The position numbers and the translations under genes were made by a program. From NCBI GenBank assembly GCA_020445565.1, contig JAGRGI010000021.1:4089-68088 (forward strand): DNA of 64,000 nucleotides, written 5' to 3'. Under the pieces are notes generated by a model that saw nothing but the letters and a program-made list of their open reading frames with translations, did no database searches and had not been told where the DNA came from. This document shows positions 52,201 through 59,900 of this stretch, piece after piece. This DNA comes from Chromatiales bacterium (lineage in GTDB: Bacteria; Pseudomonadota; Gammaproteobacteria; JAGRCI01). The stretch's first letter is position 1; each line of letters opens with the position of its first letter.

Positions 52201-53030
52201 AAGAAACCCTGAGCTACCTCGCCATGGTACCGGGCAGGTACTCCATGCCAGACGGTGCAGTTTGGGAGGCTGGGAGTTTCGACTTGCCCCTGGCGGAGAC
52301 CTGGTACCAGCTAGACTACCTAAGTGCCTTTCCTCAGACGCCGGCACTCTACCTTTCGGTACAGAGCCCCGATTACGGCGGTATCGCCAGGGCCCGTTCG
52401 GTCGAACTGAATACCTTCGAGATTATCATCAATCGGCTGGAACCCGACGCGCCGCTGGAGAATATCCACGTCGCCTACCTCGCGGTCTATCATCCGACAG
52501 GCGCCGGAACGCTTGAGCTTTCCGGTAACACCATAAACTATCAGACCATGACCCAAGATACGAACCACCGAGTATCCGATGTCGGTGGGACACCCTTGCG
52601 ACTCGAAATGCCCGCATCGGTGACAGGAAACATCGAACACGGAATTGAACGTATAGCAGTATTGGATCTGCATTCAGAACAGGGAACCGTATGGCTGGCG
52701 CAGGATACCAGTGCCAGCGACACCGCACCGGCAGTCCCCCGAATTTGGTCTATTGTAGATGGCGATAACGATGGAATTCCCGATCTACAGGAACTTCGCT
52801 ATGGTGCCAATCCCCGCAACGCATCGGATGCTGCGCAGGACTCAGACCACGACGGCTTTCGGAATTTCGCCGAAATTCTCTTCGGTACCGACCCATTCGA
52901 TGCGAATGACTCTCCCGGTCCAAACGACGCCCTGCAAACCATCCCGGAAAACCCGGAAGACTGGTGGAACGAACGCCCCACCAACCCAGGCGTAGTAAAC
53001 CAGAGCGGAAACGACAATGCTGCTCAATAA
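49293..53030 (+). CDS. Large secreted protein (1245 aa) with four EF-hand/TSP3-like calcium-binding loops flanking a duplicated ~170-aa domain of unknown function
   Basis: The start is set at MTHAQVLFRLLAALLPVAAISPGHAQ, a signal peptide. The loops are DWDGDGISDLDEYL, DLDGDGYSNLAEYL, DGDNDGIPDLQEL and DSDHDGFRNFAEIL (pattern DxDxDGxxDxxE). The internal repeat reads ...YLxxVPGRYSxxDGxVWEAGxFDL.... Confidence 0.75.
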   Translation: MTHAQVLFRLLAALLPVAAISPGHAQVQDSFCASVRVEVHQEFTLARQGFEATMRLTNELPDSPLTDVHIEITFKDSSGNTVTATQDPNGQDALFFYRLQFHEGLTSVDGSGAIAADSEAELRWLIVPTADAAGNSPNGSPYLIGAEVSYRVNGAENTIPVAPDFIQVKPVPRLSLDYFIPEQVFGDDPFTQSVEEEPIPFELGLRVANTGLATAYALQIDSAQPEITENKQGLLVDFQLLGARLGDAPATPSLFLNLGDVESQAAIVAAWTMTTSLTGQFKRFTTDIRHAEELGGQLTSLIESPRTHKLVHRVQVDLPGRDEISDFLAKESLGDLRVYESDGTEFPVTDVSENSQLTVGSTDPLQQTVQLQLVGGLVYAQIPDLNEGAKTLVGVTRSDGKVLSARNAWLSKRQDDTTHEYTYFVNIFDSVVEGQPTGEYLLSFANPIASEATPELDVPNTIDAVDGVSLSFVVSAFVGDGSIPSLAMESAPETAQFSDAGDGTGVFDWPVPPGRLGDFTVIFSAVSRNERAEGQTLIRVRRPGDSDADYMDDSWEMAHFGSLEQDGSGDWDGDGISDLDEYLNQTDPTTADDPWSVIRIGSLEVGDQPVAVPGATANDVVLLGPPSDLTADPGLAVISVVDETQMGVRIREWNYLDGVAPNQAISYLVLPVGRYSLADGTVWEAGYFDLEGDRNWQPQSFKLDFPEEPTVYLSSQPSAGPLASLRTRAISRSGFETAQFVEEAQRGSTIPQSRIHYLAIWSPGTAASLVSANAEFAFSSQQLDLALQQRDLDWDLTQREEISADEETDHVGETVQLLKIGQYAFAQIASDREDDPLILYATLADRDQDSMADAFERRYGLDPQDPTDAGQDLDGDGYSNLAEYLANTNPADASSLPDQLRLKFGQVQAGQSWREVTWAQTNEQTVPLVFLGPATNNDPYPGIATLSDTTANGFAYRYRNLHTREGEHGEETLSYLAMVPGRYSMPDGAVWEAGSFDLPLAETWYQLDYLSAFPQTPALYLSVQSPDYGGIARARSVELNTFEIIINRLEPDAPLENIHVAYLAVYHPTGAGTLELSGNTINYQTMTQDTNHRVSDVGGTPLRLEMPASVTGNIEHGIERIAVLDLHSEQGTVWLAQDTSASDTAPAVPRIWSIVDGDNDGIPDLQELRYGANPRNASDAAQDSDHDGFRNFAEILFGTDPFDANDSPGPNDALQTIPENPEDWWNERPTNPGVVNQSGNDNAAQ

Positions 53031-53844
53031 ATACGCTCCCTGGATTGCGGGTGCTCTCATAGTGTGGGCGCAGACCGCTCTCGGCGCGGAATCTGCCGTT
53101 GTCGCGAAGCATTTCCGTTTCACCTACAGCGCAACCAACACCAGTAGCCAAACGATTTCCGAGGCGGATATACGTGTTCCGATTCCGCAACGGAAAACCC
53201 CCTATCAGACCCGAGTCGACGTCAGCTCCAGCCTTCCAATCACGGCCACAGGAGTAGACTGGGCAGAGGTGAGAGTCCCGGCGACTCCCCCCTTCGGGCG
53301 AGTCGATTTCCTATTGAATGTGAGCATGTCCTTCGAACGCGAAGCCAAAGCGGAACCTGCCGACAAAGCCTATTTGCAAGGCGAGCGCTTTATCGAAAAG
53401 GACGACAATAAAATCCGCTCGACAGCCCTGCGACTGATGAAAGGAAACGACACCAGATCGACCCTAAGCAATCTCTATCGCTGGGTAAGAACATCTCTCC
53501 GCCCGCTCGGCTACACGGCAAACCCCCGAGGCGCCCTTCAGGCGTTCCAGTCCCGCCAGGGCGACTGCACGGAATACGCCCTTTTGCTCACGGCGATGGC
53601 CCGGTCCATTGGCATCCCTGCGCGTGTCGCTGAAGGCTATGTCTATCGTGAAAGCGCGAGAATTCGCCCAACCGACTACCACAACTGGGTGGAAGTCCAA
53701 ATTGAAGGCACTTGGTTTCCGGTGGATACCTACGAAGGCAGGTTCCTGGACAGGACAAGCGATTACTTGGTGATGAACTACTGGGGTAGTCAGATAATGC
53801 CCGGCTTTGTCAAATTGAGAGACTGGATTGTACGGCTTGAGTAG
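53017..53844 (+). CDS. Secreted transglutaminase-like cysteine protease (Transglut_core / BTLCP-like; Cys-His-Asp)
   Basis: The signal peptide is MLLNKYAPWIAGALIVWAQTALGA. The core motif is QGDCTEYALLLTAMARSIGIPARVAEGY...DYHNWVEVQIEGTWFPVDTY. His lies at Cys+38 and Asp at His+15. It overlaps the upstream gene by 14 bp. Confidence 0.75.
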   Translation: MLLNKYAPWIAGALIVWAQTALGAESAVVAKHFRFTYSATNTSSQTISEADIRVPIPQRKTPYQTRVDVSSSLPITATGVDWAEVRVPATPPFGRVDFLLNVSMSFEREAKAEPADKAYLQGERFIEKDDNKIRSTALRLMKGNDTRSTLSNLYRWVRTSLRPLGYTANPRGALQAFQSRQGDCTEYALLLTAMARSIGIPARVAEGYVYRESARIRPTDYHNWVEVQIEGTWFPVDTYEGRFLDRTSDYLVMNYWGSQIMPGFVKLRDWIVRLE

Positions 53845-53859
53845 AAGTGCTCTAGCTGA

Positions 53860-53881
53860 TTCATTACTTTTTCATTACTTT
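53860..53881 (+). repeat. Perfect tandem direct repeat TTCATTACTTT x2, 48 bp upstream of the giant-protein ATG
   Basis: ttcattactttttcattacttt is two exact 11-bp units, possibly a response-regulator-type tandem site. Confidence 0.35.
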
Positions 53882-53929
53882 CAAGAAGCACATCCACGGT
53901 GGCGAGATCAAACGATTTAGGAAACTAAA

Positions 53930-56900
53930 ATGGAATTATCCAAACGTGCTCTAGACCTGCACCACATACCCCGTCTAGTGACTTTCTTAGCCTCGCTCAC
54001 GGCAGCCTTGAGCAAAATCACCTCAATCGCGCTGATGGGGTTGTACTCTGCCGTTGCGCAGCCTCCAAATTATGAACCTATTGTCATCTCGGAAGATCGG
54101 GAAATACTTATATCGGATCTGAGTTTTGACGGAAAGATAGTTCACGTCGTCAACGGTGCAATACTAACTTTGCAAGGTGAGCATTATTTTCGCGAATTAC
54201 ACCTTCTCAATGGAGGGAGGTTGACCCACCAAGATGCTAATGATCTTGAGGGACCAACTCCGATAGTACATGCAGATTACCTAGTGGTAGACGTGAATTC
54301 ACGAATAGATGTTTCTGGAAAAGGAATGATCAGCATCGAAGATCCGTCTGGTCCTGATGCATATACCGATCCCTACGTAGGCGCCAGTCATGGAGGGCGC
54401 GGCGGACCATCTAGTGTTCGCAATTCAGATCCCACCTATGGAGACTATCGAAAGCCGCGCACAGTTGGCCACTCCTCCAATCTCTATGAGCGTGGTGGCG
54501 GAGCAATTCATTTGCAAATCGAAGACCTCGTGGTAGACGGTGAAATTTCGGCGGACGGCGCAACCCCGTCTTGGGGCGGTGCCAGCGGAGGGTCAATCTG
54601 GATCCAATGCAATCGGCTCAGCGGTACAGGGACAATTCATGCAAACGGCAGCAAAAAGACCTATGGCAGCGGAAGCGGCGGCGGAGGAGGGAGAATTGCT
54701 CTAGAATATAGAGTATTGGACAACTTCAACATTTCAACTCAAGTTCAGTCCTACGGCGGAAACAGGCGCAGTTCGCCGTACGTTTCCGGCAGCGCGGGTA
54801 CCGTATATGTGCGGAACGTAGAATCGGCTCATGGCGAACTCCGAATTGACAATACACCTCGCGGCATTGACAGCATTCCTTTCGAGCTTGCGGGAAACGT
54901 CGACGACGTTGTAGTAGTTGGCAATGCGTTATTAGCAATACCTGAACACACGTACCTATATGGAATTAGGGGTACTAAATCAGGAGGAATATTGAATTTA
55001 GTCGGTGATCTAGAAACCTTCGAAGATCGCTTGCATGTCGATGGGTACACACTCCAAATGCATGGTGGGACCCGTTTCTGGAGTGAGGTCCTAATTTCAA
55101 ATGGCGGCATACTAACGCACTCCCCTGCCAAAAGCAGCGATGATCCAGGTCTTGAGCTACACGCTGGATATCTGGAAATTGACCAAAACTCAGCAATACG
55201 TCTAGACGGAATGGGTTCGGAAGGAGACGTTACGCAGCGAACAGGAGCAAGTCATGGCGGCCGTGGCGGTGCCGAATCCTCCAATAGCTCGCCGGCCGTT
55301 TATGGCGACCATCTTCAGCCAAACACTCACGGACAAGGCATTACCACGAACAGTAGTCAACGAGGAGGAGGAAAGCTGCACTTAGTTGTCGACGACTTGC
55401 TGTTGGATGGAACGATTTCTGCCAATGGCGAGGCAGGTCTTTACCGCTGGCCGAGTGGCGGAGGCGGAGCGAGCGGAGGTTCCATTTGGATAGAAGCAGG
55501 CACAATCGCAGGAATTGGAAAAATTTACGCCAATGGCGGCAGCTCCTACGACTATCGCGACACCGAATACCCAACCGGTGGCGGAGCTGGCGGAAGAATT
55601 GCCGTTTACTTCGATAATGCCCAAGATAATTTCCTCCTGAATCATATTTTTGCGATGGGAGGGTACGGATACCGCGGTGGCCAACAGGGCGGAGCGGGAT
55701 CGGTTTATTACCGTGAAAACTCCGCGGAGTTCGGGACCATCAAGGCGGACAACGGCGGTATAGCGTCAATGGCACCACTGGAACTACACGGTCAGATTAA
55801 TGCTCGTCTCATACTCAATTATGCGTGGGTTCGTCTGACCGAAGATACCCACCTTCGCGGTATCATTGGGGGCAACAAAGGAAGTTTGACTACATTCGGC
55901 AAGTTGACGTTAGACTCAGACAATCTGCTGGTTGATAACTACTATCTAGAATTGCAGGGGATTGTTGATCAGTTTCGTGAAATAGTCCTCGTGAATGGAG
56001 GCGCATTGGGACATCGGATAGCTCTAGCACAGAGCGGCCCCGGACTCACATTGGTCGCGGATCGAGTGGAGATAGACGAGACCTCCCGAATCAACGTCAG
56101 TGGCAAGGGTTTGAGGGAGTCATATGGGACGGTCGTCGAAGGATCTGCTGGTGCAAGTCATGGAGGTATCGGCGGCGCTGCGAATGGAGTGGAGTCCAAT
56201 ATCCCCTACGGAAACGATCATTCCCCCATTACTTTCGGGCAAGGTGCGTCGGATACTTACGCGCGCAGAGGAGGGGGCGCAATCAAGTTGGTTGCGGAAG
56301 AGGTTATAGTTGACGGAAAGATCATTGCAAACGGAAATAATGGTGCTTATACATATGGTGAGACTCCCGGCGGCGGCGCAAGCGGCGGATCAGTATGGAT
56401 TCAAACCGATAAAATTAGCGGTACTGGATATATAAGCGCGAATGGAGGCTACGGCGACGGTCCGACTAAGCCCGCGGGCGGTGGTAGTGGCGGTCGAGTT
56501 GCGATCTACTACCGCGATGCCACAACTTTTAATATCAAGGATAACATACAAGTCACTGGTGGCGCAGGCAGGTTTGACGGCCTAGCGGGTTCCGACGGAT
56601 CAATATATTTGGAAAATACGTCGGAACTTCTAAAGATTTCAAATGTTAGCCCCAACTATGTAGTCAATGCACCAGTAGTGGGAATTTCTATCACTTTTAA
56701 TCGAAGCTTCAACCAACAAGGTGCAATTGATCAGTACATACAAATTGGCGCCCCCAATGGAGAGGAGGTTTTGTATAGTGTTGTATTTCCAAAAGAAGAA
56801 GAGGTCGTCCTACAGCCGCCACAGCCACTTGCACACCCAGGCACCTATATCGTCTCGGTTTCTCCCGGCATTACAACCCCCGCCGGCACGCCCATGGACC

Positions 56901-59900
56901 AGGATGGCGACACCATACCTGGAGAACCGACGGACGATCATTATGTATTCACCTTCACTATTGACGCCGGACCGCCCGGAACGGTTACTCCCGCAGTTGC
57001 AGCTATCGCAGACGGCTCCAAAGCAACACTCGATTGGACAAGTTACGACCAAGCAGCCAACGGCGGCGACATCCAGTCGTTCCGTATCTACCGCTCTTCC
57101 CAGACATTTACAAATCCCACGTCAACAACACTGGTAGAGGAACTTAGCGCCGGCACAACGAGCTACCAACTCAGCGGACTACAACCCGGCGTCCCCACTT
57201 ACGTTGCGGTGGTCGCAGTCGATGAACTTGGCAACGCCCTGGACGAAGTGTCTCCTGTTGTTGTCATCACCCAAGACCAGATTCCCCCCGGAGCCATCTC
57301 CAACCCCCAATCCATCTCCGGCCTCGGGTCGATCCACTTCCAATGGAATCCACCTACCGAGAACGCTGCCGACCTGGCAAGCTATCGCGTTCGTACCGAT
57401 GCGGGAGAACTCATCGCGACGCTGAGTTCCGGGCAAACTGAGCATCTGATCAACGGTTTGGCCCCTGGCAGCGTGCGGGTTGTGCGGGTGTCTGCCGTCG
57501 ACCATTCCGGAAATGAGTCGGTTGCGACGCGCATGGAAGCGGTTACCTGGCTACCCAATCCAAGCGCGGTGCAGGCCAGCCCCGGCAACGGTTCCGCCGA
57601 AGTGCAGTGGCAGCCAGTGGCGCCGGCGCAGTGGATCTCCAGCTATCGCGTCTATGTGTCGCAGACGCCATTCGACAACGTGTCGGGGATGACACAATTC
57701 ACCCCGTTCACCAGTTCTCCGGCAACGCTCAGCGGACTCACCAACGAGGTCGACCATTACGTCGCCATCGTTACCGAGAACACCAGCGGTGGATTCAATC
57801 CAGAGGTAAGCAGCGTACGTGTCCGTCCGTCAACGGACCTGATCGCGCCGCAGATCGACGATGCGCGCTTCGACACCCAGCCGATCTCTGCCGGGCAGAA
57901 CTTTACCCATTCCGGTTTGCTTTCCGTCACCGCGTCGGACAACAAGGCCGTTGTACGCGTGGAAGCCTGGCTCGGCGAGAATCCCGTGGGTATTACACAA
58001 TCTTCCGATGCACAGGGTCGGTGGTCGATTCCGCTGAGTCTGGACGGTCTCAGCGACGGCCCTGCCCTGCTGCGCCTCAGCGCCTTCGACATTGTTGGTA
58101 ACTCTGCTTCCGTTGAGTTCCCCATTTCCATCGCACTGGCACCACCCAATCCCCCCATCCTGAGCGCTCCGGCGACGGGTACGGTGACGGCGGACGCCTC
58201 AATCCAGGTTCAAGGGCTGGCCGCTCAAGGCGCGGAAGTCAGGCTGCTGGTAAACGAGCTTACCACCACGCCCTGGCTTGCCCTGGGTACGAACGGCCAG
58301 TTCACTGCATCCGTGCCCTTGACCTCGGGAGACAATCGAATCACCGCCCGTGTACGCAACCGCGCGGGTGAGAGCCTTCCCAGCGCTGCGATCATCATCG
58401 AGCGCGACGATAGCCGTCCGGGCGCCCCCCTCTCCCTGGTGGCCGACCCTGGCGAAGCTGGCACGGTGCAGTTGCGGTGGGTGGCACCGGCCGACGGAAC
58501 GGCAGTGGGCTATGACCTCTATCGGGCAGGCTCGCCATTCGCCAACGTAACCGACGCCATTCGAGTAAATGCAAATCGCATTACCGAAAACCGTTTCGAC
58601 GACCTTCCCGTGGAAGATGGGATCTACTACTACCGGGTAGTGGCCTACAACAGTCTGGGCACCCCCAGCGAACCCTCCAACGCCGTCTCCGCCACGGCCG
58701 ACGGTACGCTCCCGACGGTTACCACCGTTGCCTTTACCTCGGCCGGCGCACCCTACGATTCCGCGGGTATGCGCTACGGCGCAGGCAAGATCGACGTGAA
58801 TATCGAGCTGAGCGAACCCCTGGAAGCGCCGCCCTACCTGAATCTCGCCCTCGACGGATTTGGCGTGATCCCCATCGCGGCCGTGGCTTCCGACCCCACC
58901 CACTACCTTGGCAAGATCGATTCCCTGCCGCAAGGGCTGACCGGAACCGCCAGCCTCCAGTTTTCTGGACGGGACCTCGTTGGCAATCGTGGCTCGGCTA
59001 TCCTTGCCCCGGCGCAGATTCAGGTCGACACCCGTGGCCCCAGAGGAACCTCCCTGACCCTCATCCCAGCCAGCCCGATACGCAACTACGAAGACGCACC
59101 CGTCACCGTGAGCATTGATCTGATTCTGGACGAGGCCCCTGCCAGCGGCACCACCCCCCAGCTTGGCTACAACCTCTTTCCGGGCAGCAATGATCCCCTC
59201 GGCGAGATACCCCTGTTGCCCATCTCGGCGACCCATTGGCAGGGCGAACTCACCCTGCCGGGCAGCGCCGGAAAAGACACTCCACAGATACTTGGATTCT
59301 CGCTCCTGGTTCAAGACGACCTGGGCAACCAAGGAACCGAACTGGCCAACTCGGGCGGCTGGCAAATCTATCAGGACGAATTGCCCCCCTTGGACACTCC
59401 CCAAGGATTCAGCGCCAAGGCCCTGCCTGCGGGCAAGGTAGAATTACGCTGGAATGCCGTGGAAGGTGCGCTGGCCTATCAACTCTATCGCCAATCGGCG
59501 GCAGGGTCGGCGGATGCCTTCCAACGGGTAGAGGGCGAACTCACCCTTATCGATCAACCCGGTAACGACGGACCCTGGAGCTACAGCGTAGCCAGTATCC
59601 GCAGCGCCAATGGCCAAGAATCGACGAGTGCGCAAAGCCCGGCCATTACCGTGCAGGTGGACTCGCAAGCGCCGGACGCACCGCAACAGTTCTCGGTACT
59701 TCTGCATCCTGCCGGCATCGTCGGCCAGTGGCAAACCCCCGCCGCCACGGACATTGACCACTATCGCTATTATCGTGCTGCTGAGCAAACCGGCCCTGGC
59801 GTCAACGCTGATTTGGTCCTGGACCAGATCGTCGTACAACAGGCAGTGGACTCCCGCCCCGATCCCACGAAACCGGTCTATTTCGTCACCGCTGTCGACA

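Noticed and set aside
53017-53844. Calling the protease specifically LapG
   Set aside because: The core motif fits the general transglutaminase-like (PF01841-type) signature as well as BTLCP. It has a long N-terminal extension, and no LapD or T1SS is in view. It is kept as 'LapG-like hypothesis' in findings rather than as a gene symbol.
58199-59404. Antisense ORFs inside the giant gene and other large genes (e.g. 58199..59404 -, 62342..63796 -, 16253..17056 -, 17445..18491 -, 33846..35039 +, 32876..34306 +, 20144..21055 +)
   Set aside because: They lie opposite strongly supported genes and read as Gly/Ala/Arg-rich low complexity without motifs. GC-rich DNA produces long spurious antisense ORFs.
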